DNA of 64,000 bases, taken from contig JAXLZM010000002.1 in assembly GCA_046350855.1 (NCBI GenBank), forward strand, positions 78,103-142,102, read 5' to 3'. The translations under genes were made by a program, and so were the position numbers. Source of the stretch: Candidatus Anderseniibacteriota bacterium (GTDB taxonomy: Bacteria; Patescibacteriota; JAUYIX01). Of this stretch, positions 18,416-28,085 are shown in pieces (within the stretch, counting starts at the first letter, position 1; each line of letters opens with the position of its first letter). The notes beneath the pieces were generated by a model. It saw only the letters and a list, made by a program, of their open reading frames with translations. It was not told where the DNA came from and did not search any database.

Positions 18416-21085
18416 ATGCCTGACCGCACGCCGGTTCTGCCGACGGCTTATACGCCAACCGATTACGAACAAAAAATCTATAGGCTCTGGGAACAGGGTG
18501 ATTATTTTAGAGGCGTTATCGATCCGGATAAAGAACCGTACTGCATTAGCATGCCACCGCCCAACATTACAGGGGTTTTGCACTTGGGACACGCCACCGC
18601 CGGGACGCTCGAGGATGCCTTGATCCGCTTTGAGCGTATGCGGGGCAAGGCCGCACTGTTTTTACCGGGCACCGATCACGCTGCTATCGCTACACAAGTG
18701 GTGGTTGAAGAAAAGATCGCTAAAGAAGAGGGCAAAACCCGGCACGATCTAGGCCGCGAGGAATTTTTAAAGCGCGTGCGTGCTTTTGTAAAAACGACCA
18801 AGTCGCGTATCGACACCCAGCAACGGCGTCTGGGTCTCTCGGCCGACTGGTCGCGTGAGCGCTACACGCTTGATGAACCCATGACGCGGGCCGTCAACGA
18901 AGCCTTTGTCCGCCTGTACAACGACGGCCTGATTTATCGTGGACAACGTATTGTGCATTGGGATGCCAAACTGCACACAACCGTCTCCGATGAGGAGATC
19001 GAATATACACAGGAGTCGGCTCCACTCTACACCCTGCAGTACGGCCCCTTCCAAATTACAACGGCCCGTCCTGAGACAAAATTTGGCGATAAGTATGTAG
19101 TAGTGCACCCCGATGACAAGCGCTACGGTGAATACGAGGACGGCGACACCGTTACCGCGGAGTGGATCAATGGTCCGGTGACCGCCACGATTATTAAAGA
19201 TAAAGCCATCGATCCTACCTTTGGAACCGGTGTTATGACCATTACGCCTTGGCATGATGCGGTCGACTTTGCAATTGCCGAGCGCCACGAGCTCGATCGG
19301 GAACAAATCATTGATTTCGATGGACGTCTTCTGCCGATAGCGGGTGAGTTCGCCGGGATGACGATTAAGGAAGCTCGACCAAAAATCGTCGAAAAACTCA
19401 AGATGAAGGCGCTGTTGGTTAAGACCGATACTGGGTACACCCACAATATTGCAGTTAACAGTCGCGGCGGTAACGTGATCGAACCCCAAATCATGCAGCA
19501 ATGGTTTGTAAAGGTTGCGCCCCTGGCAAAAAAGGCACTCAAGGCGGTCAAGAGCGGTAAAATCGAGATCGTTCCGCCACAGTTTACAAAGGTCTACTAC
19601 CAGTGGATGGAAAATCTGCATGACTGGAACATCTCGCGTCAGATTTGGTGGGGGCACCGGATCCCGGTCTTTACTTGCAACAAGTGTGCGCATCAGTTTG
19701 TTTCGGTAGAACCGGCACAGGAATGTCCCAAGTGTAAAGGGGGCTTGACCCAGGATCCGGATACATTAGACACCTGGTTCTCGTCGGGCTTATGGACTTT
19801 TGCAACATTAGGTTGGCCCAACAAAACACGCGATCTCGAGTTTTGGCACCCCACGGCCGTGCTCGAGACCGGCCGCGACATTTTGTTCTTTTGGGTCTCG
19901 CGCATGATTATGCTCAGTCTGTACTTGGTGGGGGAGGTTCCCTTTAAAAAGGTGTATCTGCATGGGCTGGTGTTAGATACAGACGGACAAAAAATGTCTA
20001 AGTCCAAAGGTAACGGGATCGATCCGCTTGAGATGGCTGACAAGTACGGGATGGATGCGGTGCGTCTTTCGCTCGTAATTGGCATCTCACCCGGTCAAGA
20101 CACGCGCCTCAGCCCCCAGAAAATCGCCCGCCAGCGCAATGTCATTAATAAATTGTGGAATATCGCCCGTTTTGTGAGTACCACCACGGAGTGTAAGCGG
20201 ACATGTAGTCGACTGGAGGAGATCCAACTAGGACAACTGGCCATTGAGGACCAGTGGATTTTGCATCGTCTCGCTGAGGTTACCGAACAGGCCACGCGTG
20301 GGCTTGAGGAATTCCGTTTTAGTGATGCGACGCAAACCGTGCTCGACTTTACCTGGAACGATTTTGCCGATTGGTACCTCGAGATTGCTAAGTTCACCGC
20401 CAAGCAGGCGACACCCAAAGCACGCGCGGCAAAAAACGATATTTTGCTTGCAGTGCTGGAGCAGATCCTCACCCTCTTGCATCCGATTTTGCCTTTTGTG
20501 ACCGAGGTGCTCTGGCAAGAACTCAAAAAGGCCGATCCCGACACGGCTCGACGACCAGACTTGATCGTCGCACCTTGGCCCTCGAGTAGTAACACGTTGC
20601 GTAACAAAAAAAGTGCCGACCAGTTTGAACAACTTCGCACACTCGTGCGTGGTTTACGGGCTATCCGGGCAGACTATCGCATTGCGAACGCTACTACTCT
20701 CCAAGTTACGTTGAGCGGCGCGCACTCTCTGACTGGAGACCCCGCTCTCACGACACTCCTCCAGGCCTTAGCGCGGGTCACGGTTAGCGACGGTTCTGCC
20801 AAAGATAAAAACACCAAGGAGGTTAAACGTACATTTGGTCCAATTGTGGTGACTGCGCACATCCAAGCTCATGCCGATGTGCATAAAGAGCACGCGCGGC
20901 TCAACAAAGAACTCTCTAAAGCGAGTGTGGCGTTACGTGCCCTGGAGGGTCGTCTCGCCAGCAAAACCTTTACTAAAAAAGCGCCCGCAGCGGTTGTAGA
21001 GCAGGAGCGCGAGCGCAAAAAAACGCTCAAACGCAAAGTCCAAGAACTCTCGCGCCTGGTGGATGAGATGGGACGGCTGCAATAA
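18416..21085 (+). CDS. valS: Valine--tRNA ligase
   Basis: PPPNITGVLHLGH, PGTDHAAIATQ, DWNISRQIWWGHRIP, DTWFSS, KMSKS, C-terminal coiled coil. Confidence 0.97.
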   Translation: MPDRTPVLPTAYTPTDYEQKIYRLWEQGDYFRGVIDPDKEPYCISMPPPNITGVLHLGHATAGTLEDALIRFERMRGKAALFLPGTDHAAIATQVVVEEKIAKEEGKTRHDLGREEFLKRVRAFVKTTKSRIDTQQRRLGLSADWSRERYTLDEPMTRAVNEAFVRLYNDGLIYRGQRIVHWDAKLHTTVSDEEIEYTQESAPLYTLQYGPFQITTARPETKFGDKYVVVHPDDKRYGEYEDGDTVTAEWINGPVTATIIKDKAIDPTFGTGVMTITPWHDAVDFAIAERHELDREQIIDFDGRLLPIAGEFAGMTIKEARPKIVEKLKMKALLVKTDTGYTHNIAVNSRGGNVIEPQIMQQWFVKVAPLAKKALKAVKSGKIEIVPPQFTKVYYQWMENLHDWNISRQIWWGHRIPVFTCNKCAHQFVSVEPAQECPKCKGGLTQDPDTLDTWFSSGLWTFATLGWPNKTRDLEFWHPTAVLETGRDILFFWVSRMIMLSLYLVGEVPFKKVYLHGLVLDTDGQKMSKSKGNGIDPLEMADKYGMDAVRLSLVIGISPGQDTRLSPQKIARQRNVINKLWNIARFVSTTTECKRTCSRLEEIQLGQLAIEDQWILHRLAEVTEQATRGLEEFRFSDATQTVLDFTWNDFADWYLEIAKFTAKQATPKARAAKNDILLAVLEQILTLLHPILPFVTEVLWQELKKADPDTARRPDLIVAPWPSSSNTLRNKKSADQFEQLRTLVRGLRAIRADYRIANATTLQVTLSGAHSLTGDPALTTLLQALARVTVSDGSAKDKNTKEVKRTFGPIVVTAHIQAHADVHKEHARLNKELSKASVALRALEGRLASKTFTKKAPAAVVEQERERKKTLKRKVQELSRLVDEMGRLQ

Positions 21086-21100
21086 GGTACACTACTCCAG

Positions 21101-22615
21101 ATGGTAGTGCTCTCGGCCCGGATCGAAGATCCAAAAATTGCGCATTCGCTGACAAAAAACCTTAAACGTCGACAACTCGCGTGGCGTTTAGTCTGGATTG
21201 GCTTACTGGCCGCAATGCTTGCCGCCGGAGTGTATGGGTACTATAGGTATGCGGCCTATGGCCGTGCCAAAGTTGCGTTGCTCGTGCAAGAGGCCCAACA
21301 GGATGAGGCAAAGTTCGCCCTGACCGCGGCTCTGGCTAAGTATACCGAGGCTCAGGCCTTGCAAGCCGTGGCCCCGAGCGGTGCGGCCGAGGCTTATTAT
21401 CGAGCAGCCCTGCTCTACGAGGGTAAGGCTGATCATGCTAAAGCTCAGGAGTTGCTCAAACAGGCCGAACAACTGGATGACGCTCAGATACGCTACCCTT
21501 TGGCCCTTGGTCGCTCGCTTGTGGTCACACGTTCGGCCGATTTGGCAGAACAAGCCTTTGATCGAGCTTTGGCGCTCGAACCCAATAATCCCGAAGTCTT
21601 AACCGGCAAAGCGCGGGTCGCTTTGTTGCGGCAGGATCCGACGACGGCGTTGGAGTTACTCGGTCAGGCTCTCGATCAGCACGGCGATAACAAGGCCGAC
21701 GTCCTTACCGAGGCGACCTTGCTCAAAGCAATTTTGGACGTGCACACTCGGCCAACGAGCAGCAGTGAGACGTTTGTGCAGATTGCGGGCACCTCGAGCA
21801 ATAAAGGGTTTGCGGCCACCGCACGCACCCTCGCTCCGATTGCTGATCAGATCAACACCAAGCTTGATGCCCCCAGTTTTGAACGTGTCCTGGTAGGCGC
21901 GGCTCTGATCGAACACAATGAGCTCGACTTAGCCTTACTCGAATTACGTGACGCGACCGAGCGCGACCAGTCCTATCGGGATGCCTGGGTCAATCGTGCC
22001 GAAGCTGAATTGTTGCTCTCGGATTTGGACAGCGCCCAAGCCTCGATCGATAAGGCGCTGCTGCTTGACCCAACCTTTGGGTTCTCCCGCTTTGTGGTCG
22101 GACAAATTGCGCAACGTCGTGACAAGTTGCAAGAGGCCCGCAGCGCCTTTGAACAAGCGCTCGAGCAGCGCTACAACGAGCCACAGGTATACCTTGCACT
22201 CGCCGATGTGCTGGTCCAGCTCAATGACCCCAGCGCAGCGATCAAAAAACTTCAGGGTGCGGTCGAGGCCAAGATCGAATCCCATGAAGTATATGATCGG
22301 CTGTTTTGGCTACTAGTTGAAGCTGGTAAAGACCAACAAGCGCTCCAAGTCGCACAGCGCTACACAACGTTTGATGACCGAGGAACAACCGCGCAGGGGT
22401 TGCTCGCCTATGCCCAGTTGCTGACGGGTACTACGGAGACCGCATTAAAAACCGCCGAGTCTCTCCTGACCCGTGACCCACTCTCAGCGATCGGCTCGCT
22501 CGTCGTCGGTGTTCTCAAAAACGACCGGGTCTTTTTAGAGAAGGCGCGCGATCTAGACCTTGGGGGTAAAGTCGCGCACCTGGCGAACCAGGCGCTTGAG
22601 GCGCAAGCAGAGTAG
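21101..22615 (+). CDS. Membrane-anchored tetratricopeptide-repeat protein
   Basis: N-terminal TM helix; TPR-like repeats (AEQAFDRALALEPNN, IDKALLLDP). Confidence 0.8.
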   Translation: MVVLSARIEDPKIAHSLTKNLKRRQLAWRLVWIGLLAAMLAAGVYGYYRYAAYGRAKVALLVQEAQQDEAKFALTAALAKYTEAQALQAVAPSGAAEAYYRAALLYEGKADHAKAQELLKQAEQLDDAQIRYPLALGRSLVVTRSADLAEQAFDRALALEPNNPEVLTGKARVALLRQDPTTALELLGQALDQHGDNKADVLTEATLLKAILDVHTRPTSSSETFVQIAGTSSNKGFAATARTLAPIADQINTKLDAPSFERVLVGAALIEHNELDLALLELRDATERDQSYRDAWVNRAEAELLLSDLDSAQASIDKALLLDPTFGFSRFVVGQIAQRRDKLQEARSAFEQALEQRYNEPQVYLALADVLVQLNDPSAAIKKLQGAVEAKIESHEVYDRLFWLLVEAGKDQQALQVAQRYTTFDDRGTTAQGLLAYAQLLTGTTETALKTAESLLTRDPLSAIGSLVVGVLKNDRVFLEKARDLDLGGKVAHLANQALEAQAE

Positions 22616-22627
22616 TTTCGGCTGTAT

Positions 22628-22655
22628 TTCACAAAAAGTCCCCAAACTTTTCACA
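22628..22655 (+). promoter_or_regulatory. Putative OmpR/PhoB-family binding site (11-bp direct repeats)
   Basis: TTCACA (22628), TCCCCA (22639), TTCACA (22650) just upstream of the response regulator. Confidence 0.5.
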
Positions 22656-22688
22656 AATACACCAGCGTGCTACGTATAGGTTCAGCCT

Positions 22689-23360
22689 ATGAGATTACTT
22701 ATTGTAGAAGACGAAAAAGAGCTAGCCCGACCCCTCAAAGAGGGTTTGGAGTACCAAAAGTACGCTGTAGATTTAGCCTTTGACGGGGGTGAGGGGGAGC
22801 GTCTGGCTCGGGAGAACAACTACGACGTGATCATCCTGGACATCATGTTGCCGCAAAAGGATGGTATCTCGATTACTAAGAGCCTGCGCTCGGACGGTAT
22901 CTCGACTCCGATTTTGATGCTGACTGCCAAGGGCACCGTAGAAGACAAAACGGTTGGACTCGATGCGGGTGCGGACGATTATTTGCCCAAGCCCTTTGCC
23001 TTTGGAGAACTCTCCGCTCGAGTCCGCGCGCTGCTCCGTCGCGCCGGAGGCGAGAAAAAACCGGTCTTGCAAGTGGCCGACTTACAGTTGGATCCTGCCA
23101 CGCACGACATCACGCGCGCGGGCAAAAAAATCGACCTGGTCAAAAAAGATTTTCAGCTGCTCGAATATTTAATGCGCAACGCCGAGCGGGTTTTGACCCG
23201 CGCCGAAATCGAAGAGCACGTCTGGGACCGCAATGCCGAGCTCTGGTCGGACGTGATCCGCTCACACATCAAAACCTTGCGGGCCAAAATCGACAAGGGT
23301 CACAAGCTCAAGCTGATCCGCACGATTCATGGGGTGGGGTATAAAATCTCAGCCAAATAA
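22689..23360 (+). CDS. OmpR-family response regulator
   Basis: LIVEDE, ILDIMLP, GADDYLPKPF, winged-helix end IRTIHGVGY. Confidence 0.96.
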   Translation: MRLLIVEDEKELARPLKEGLEYQKYAVDLAFDGGEGERLARENNYDVIILDIMLPQKDGISITKSLRSDGISTPILMLTAKGTVEDKTVGLDAGADDYLPKPFAFGELSARVRALLRRAGGEKKPVLQVADLQLDPATHDITRAGKKIDLVKKDFQLLEYLMRNAERVLTRAEIEEHVWDRNAELWSDVIRSHIKTLRAKIDKGHKLKLIRTIHGVGYKISAK

Positions 23361-23431
23361 ATCGCAGTCGGGCGGTTCGTCCGAGTCCGTCTCAAGCTGG
23401 ACTACTAAGCGCGTGGTGCTAGTCTAGCTCC

Positions 23432-24868
23432 ATGGCTATGTTAAGCGACTTAATGCAGCCCCTGCGGCGTTTGCGGCAGTTTGCCTCGGCCCGCCTCAAA
23501 TTGGTGACCTGGTTTGTGGCCGTCTTAGGTGGCGTCTTGATCGCCTTTGTGGCTTCGCTGATCGGCCTGGTGCACCACAACCTTTTTGCCGCGCTCAACG
23601 AGCGGCTCGTCACCAACACGCAGCAACTAGCCGACTTAGTAGAGTTCCGCCAGGGCGAACTCCTCTTTGCCAAGCTCGACCAAATTAGCCAAGAAAACGA
23701 GACCTTACGGACTTTTTCGGTCCAGATGGTCGGACCCAAAGGCACGGTCTTGTGGCAAGCCGCGCGTAACACGTTACCAGTCAGCAGTGCTGTCGAAAAA
23801 GCCTTTACCACCAACGAAGCCCAGTTGATTAACGTGGTGCTCCCCTTTGAGCGTTACCGCGTCTTGGCCAAACCCGTCACCCGTAACGGGCAAGTTGTAG
23901 GGGTGCTTCAATCGGGACTCAGTTTGCGTGATATCGATGAGGCTATCGCCAAACTCGTGATCGGCGCGCTCCTCAGTATCCCGGTCGCACTCGGTTTGGC
24001 CGGGTTTGCGGCCTGGTTTTTAGCGCTCAAAACGTTACGACCGATCGAGGAGAGCGTGCGTCGTCAGCGGCAGTTTATCCAGGATGCCTCACACGAGTTG
24101 CGTACACCCCTCGCTATTATCCAAAGCAACATCGATGTCAGTTTACAAAATCCCAACCCCAATGTGCCGCAACTGCAAGAGAAACTGCGCACGGTCAACG
24201 AGACGGCCCAGCGCATGGGTAAAATTATTACCGACCTCTTTACGCTCAGCACCTCTGACAGTCAGATGTTGCGTCTCAAACCACGCCTGATCCAGCTCGA
24301 TCACGTCGCGCGCGAGGTGGTCAAGCAAATGAAGAGCCTCGCTCGTAAAAAACAGCAACAACTGTTGCTGGGTGAACTAGAAGAACTAATCGTCTACGCC
24401 GACGAGGATCGCATCAAGCAGGTCATCACGATTTTTGTCGACAACGCCATCAAGTACACCCCAGAAAAAGGCATCATCACGGTAGCTGTTACCAAGACGC
24501 CCGCTATCGACTTTGCCAAAATTAGCATCAGTGACACTGGTCCTGGTATCTCCCGCGAAAATCAAGAGCGCATTTTTGAGCGTTTTTTTAGGGTCGACAA
24601 ATCCCGCTCGCGCGAGTTGGGCGGTAATGGCCTGGGACTGGCGATTGCCTCGACCTTGGTGCAACGTCAGCGCGGGCACATTAGTGTTCAAAGCAAACTC
24701 GGCAAGGGCACCCGCTTTGAAGTCTTTTTGCCCCTTGTGGCTAAGCGCTCCAGTAAAAAATCTCGGGGCAGCCTCACCTTTGGCTTACCAAAGTTATTCA
24801 CACTCAATGCAAAAAAGCCGGCAGAACCCGCCCAAAATCCACAGATTGCCCCCAGGAGCGGCTCCTAG
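23432..24868 (+). CDS. Sensor histidine kinase
   Basis: Two TM helices, DASHELRTPL, DNAIKYT, DTGPGI, FERFFRVDKSR, GNGLGLAI. Confidence 0.96.
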   Translation: MAMLSDLMQPLRRLRQFASARLKLVTWFVAVLGGVLIAFVASLIGLVHHNLFAALNERLVTNTQQLADLVEFRQGELLFAKLDQISQENETLRTFSVQMVGPKGTVLWQAARNTLPVSSAVEKAFTTNEAQLINVVLPFERYRVLAKPVTRNGQVVGVLQSGLSLRDIDEAIAKLVIGALLSIPVALGLAGFAAWFLALKTLRPIEESVRRQRQFIQDASHELRTPLAIIQSNIDVSLQNPNPNVPQLQEKLRTVNETAQRMGKIITDLFTLSTSDSQMLRLKPRLIQLDHVAREVVKQMKSLARKKQQQLLLGELEELIVYADEDRIKQVITIFVDNAIKYTPEKGIITVAVTKTPAIDFAKISISDTGPGISRENQERIFERFFRVDKSRSRELGGNGLGLAIASTLVQRQRGHISVQSKLGKGTRFEVFLPLVAKRSSKKSRGSLTFGLPKLFTLNAKKPAEPAQNPQIAPRSGS

Positions 24869-24906
24869 TATACTAGTCGCACTAGCTCTAACGAAAAGGA
24901 GAGAAC

Positions 24907-25131
24907 ATGCCACGTCAAAAAGGTTCAGCCAAACGCAAGGGAAGCGCCAAAAAAGATTCGGCGTCCTTGCCCTACAACATGGTGATTTTTTACGTCATCA
25001 TTGGCTTGATCATGGGCATGGCCGTGGGCGCACTCGCGTTGCTCTACATTGCCCGGGTCCAAAACGACTACCAGCAAACGCTCAACGATACCTCGGCTCA
25101 GATTCTGCAGTACACGCCGCGGATTCGCTAA
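24907..25131 (+). CDS. Small single-TM protein
   Basis: AGGAG ribosome-binding site, basic N-terminus, hydrophobic helix. Confidence 0.65.
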   Translation: MPRQKGSAKRKGSAKKDSASLPYNMVIFYVIIGLIMGMAVGALALLYIARVQNDYQQTLNDTSAQILQYTPRIR

Positions 25132-25156
25132 GCAGGATTGAGTCAGGTCGTCTCTA

Positions 25157-25759
25157 ATGGCTACGACCACTCCTGACTCACACCTCAAAAATGGCCTTGG
25201 CCTCGGGATGATCCTGGGGGTCTTGGGTGGCTTACTCGTGGGTGTGGTGGTGTTACTCACGTTTGAACTCTCACGCCGCGACGCCTTGCTCGAGGTTGAA
25301 CAACGTCTCGCCGAGACCAACGAAAAAGTCACGACACCTGAGCGTGTAGGGACTGCCATCGACGCGGATGGAATGGATGAGAGTACTACTACGACACCAA
25401 GCACACCTACAACTCCACCAACACCCGGTGCGCCAACCATCAGCAAAACCACACCTGCCAATGGCGCAAAAAATGTTGCTAAAAACCTCGACAAGATTTT
25501 GATTACGTTTTCTGCGCCGATGCAGGGAGAGTTTTTTGACTCTAACTCGATCGGGATCTATCGCAACGGAATCAGAATCAGCAATCGTTTTAGCTATGAC
25601 TACAAAGCGTCCAGCAACACCGTGCAGGTAACCCTCTCCTCGGGACAAATCCTCGAGCCTGGTTCACAAATCGAGGTACGCGTCTCGGGTGAGGTCAAAT
25701 CAGCCACCGGTATGTCTTTGGGTGACACCCAGACGTTTTCGTTTACACTAGCCTCATGA
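25157..25759 (+). CDS. Membrane-anchored Ig-like (Big_5/SbsA-type) domain protein
   Basis: TM helix, P/T linker, TTPANGAKNV...ILITFSAPM...VKSATG...FSFT pattern. Confidence 0.75.
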   Translation: MATTTPDSHLKNGLGLGMILGVLGGLLVGVVVLLTFELSRRDALLEVEQRLAETNEKVTTPERVGTAIDADGMDESTTTTPSTPTTPPTPGAPTISKTTPANGAKNVAKNLDKILITFSAPMQGEFFDSNSIGIYRNGIRISNRFSYDYKASSNTVQVTLSSGQILEPGSQIEVRVSGEVKSATGMSLGDTQTFSFTLAS

Positions 25760-26289
25760 ACTCCCGCCGTACCAACCTCGTCATTGGCATCGTTATCGGG
25801 GTCTTGGCCGCTTTTTTGATCACGGCCTTGGCGATTTTACTGGTGCCACGCTTGCGCCCGATCGTAGGGCTCGGAGCCGATACCACCGAATCTACTACGC
25901 CCACTACTACAAACGTTGATGATCAAAATAACGCGACCAGTGCTTCTACTGGCTCGATCAGCACCGAGAGCGAAAATATTTCGGTAACGAGTCCGGCACC
26001 GCTTGATACGCTCGAGACGCCCGTGACGGTAGCGGGTTCGGCCCGAGTTTTTGAAAACACGGTGAGCATTCGCTTACTGGATGGAGACGGCACGGTTTTG
26101 GCGGAAGCCGTCGCAACCGCACAGGCCAGTGATGTGGGTCGCTTTGGACAATTTGAGACGGAGGTAGCCTTTGGACAAACTAAGTATCCACACGGGACAC
26201 TCGAAGTCTTTCAGGTCTCCGCGCGGGATGGCAGCGAGATCGACAAGGTGACGCTCCCAATCCGCTTTACAACAAGCGCCGGGATTTAG
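25756..26289 (+). CDS. Membrane-anchored Gmad2-type Ig-like domain protein
   Basis: ISVTSP, VAGSARVFENTVSIRL, GTLEVFQVSARDGS. Confidence 0.8.
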   Translation: MNSRRTNLVIGIVIGVLAAFLITALAILLVPRLRPIVGLGADTTESTTPTTTNVDDQNNATSASTGSISTESENISVTSPAPLDTLETPVTVAGSARVFENTVSIRLLDGDGTVLAEAVATAQASDVGRFGQFETEVAFGQTKYPHGTLEVFQVSARDGSEIDKVTLPIRFTTSAGI

Positions 26290-28085
26290 ACTGAGCGCTC
26301 GACTTCTTCGAGCGTGGTGATTTTGTCGAGGGCTTTGAGGACACCGTCTTGCTTCATGAGGACCATACCCTGGGCCACGGCGGTCTCACGGATCTCGGCT
26401 GTGCTAGCGGCGGACAGGATCAGTTTTTCCATGGCGTCGTCGATGCGGAACACTTCAAAGACGCCTGTTCGGCCTTTGTAGCCCAAAAAATTGCAGGCCT
26501 TACAACCTTTGGGCAACGCCAGTGTAAGGTTGGGGTGGGTTTTAGTGACCTGGGCCATAAGTTTGGGTCCGAGGACGCTCTCGATGTACTGGCGGTCGGT
26601 CTCGCTCGGTTTGTACTCGGTAAAGCACTCTTGGCAGACTTTGCGGACCAGGCGTTGCGCGATTACGGCATTGATCGCCGGGGCCAACACAAAAGGACGA
26701 ACCCCCATGTCAATGAGACGCGGGAGTGCTCCGGCTGAGTCGTTGGTGTGTAAGGTCGAAAAAACGATGTGACCGGTGAGCGCGGCCGAGACGGCGGTCT
26801 CTGCGGTCTCTAAGTCGCGGATTTCGCCGACCAGGAGCACGTCTGGGTCTTGGCGTAGGATCGAACGCAGGCCGCGCGCAAAGGTGTAGCCTTTGCCCTC
26901 GTCCACTTGGGTTTGCTCGATACCCTCGAGACGATACTCAATTGGGTCCTCCAGGGTAATAATCTTGAGGCCCGGTGAGTTGAGGGTATGGACAAAGGAG
27001 TAGAGGGTCGTTGTTTTACCAGAGCCGGTTGGACCAGTGGTCAAGATCATGCCGTTAGGTTTTTTGAGTTCTTGCGCAATCACCTCGGCGGCTTGGTCAC
27101 GTAGTCCCAAGTCGGACACCTTGAGCAGCACCGCACCGACCCCCAGTAAGCGCATCACAACCGCCTCGCCGTACTGTGAGGGGATGATCGAGACACGTAC
27201 GTCGATTGGGCGCTCTTTGGTCTGAATGGTAAAGCGACCGTCCTGAGCAACGGCGCTCACGTTGAGTTTGAGTTTGGAGAGTAACTTGATGCGATTGATC
27301 AGCGGTTTGTGGGAGGCAAGCGGCAGCTCTGCAGCGTCATGCAAGATGCCGTCTAAGCGGTACCGCACGCGCAACAGGTCCGCGGTTGGCTCCAGGTGAA
27401 TATCCGTCGCCTCCAGCTGCAGCGCTGCCGCCGCTAAGAGATCGATCATCTCGGTCACGCTGGCGCTGTTGGCTCGAGTTTGAATTTCTTTGAGGCTGGT
27501 GACCGACTCTTGGAACTTAGCCAAATCTTGCTCGCTAATCGTGACCTCGGTCGCGGCCGGAGTGACATTCTTGATCAGGTTCTCGTAAAACCCAATAATG
27601 TGCGCCAAACTTGATTTTGAGACGTAATAACTTTTGGCGCGATAACCGGCTTTGGTGAGTTGCCCCACCATTTTTTTGTAACCGGGGTTGTTTGGATTGC
27701 TGGTCGCGACCCGCACTTGTTGATCCGAGACGATAAAGGGAGCGCTCTCGGCTTGCTCGGCCTGCTCCTTAGGGACCAGTTTGAGAGCGTTGAGTTCTAC
27801 CGGAAAGCCAAACAGATTAATGTAGGGCAAGCCCACCCCGCGCGAACCAATCTGGGCCTGGCTCTCCTCAAAGCGGCGATCGGTCGTACCGATTTTTAGG
27901 CCACTGACTCCTGCTGCGTTATTGGTAACACTACTCTGGCCCGCCTTGGCTAGAGTTGGTCGCGTTCGTTTGCCCGCCTCAAATTGCTTACGCAGCAAGT
28001 TTTGGCTGGGGTTGGGTCGGGCGCCCTGCTGCCGCGAGCGCGGTGTCTCCTCGTTGTTGCCCAGATTGCTGTCTCCTTGTGCCAT
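26286..28085 (-). CDS. pilB: Type IV pilus/T2SS assembly ATPase (PilB/GspE)
   Basis: ATDIHLEP, QDGRF, GPTGSGKTTT, TLEDPIEY, LRQDPD, GEIRD, TGH, Cys4 zinc motif; start uncertain. Confidence 0.93.
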   Translation of the reverse strand: MAQGDSNLGNNEETPRSRQQGARPNPSQNLLRKQFEAGKRTRPTLAKAGQSSVTNNAAGVSGLKIGTTDRRFEESQAQIGSRGVGLPYINLFGFPVELNALKLVPKEQAEQAESAPFIVSDQQVRVATSNPNNPGYKKMVGQLTKAGYRAKSYYVSKSSLAHIIGFYENLIKNVTPAATEVTISEQDLAKFQESVTSLKEIQTRANSASVTEMIDLLAAAALQLEATDIHLEPTADLLRVRYRLDGILHDAAELPLASHKPLINRIKLLSKLKLNVSAVAQDGRFTIQTKERPIDVRVSIIPSQYGEAVVMRLLGVGAVLLKVSDLGLRDQAAEVIAQELKKPNGMILTTGPTGSGKTTTLYSFVHTLNSPGLKIITLEDPIEYRLEGIEQTQVDEGKGYTFARGLRSILRQDPDVLLVGEIRDLETAETAVSAALTGHIVFSTLHTNDSAGALPRLIDMGVRPFVLAPAINAVIAQRLVRKVCQECFTEYKPSETDRQYIESVLGPKLMAQVTKTHPNLTLALPKGCKACNFLGYKGRTGVFEVFRIDDAMEKLILSAASTAEIRETAVAQGMVLMKQDGVLKALDKITTLEEVERSV

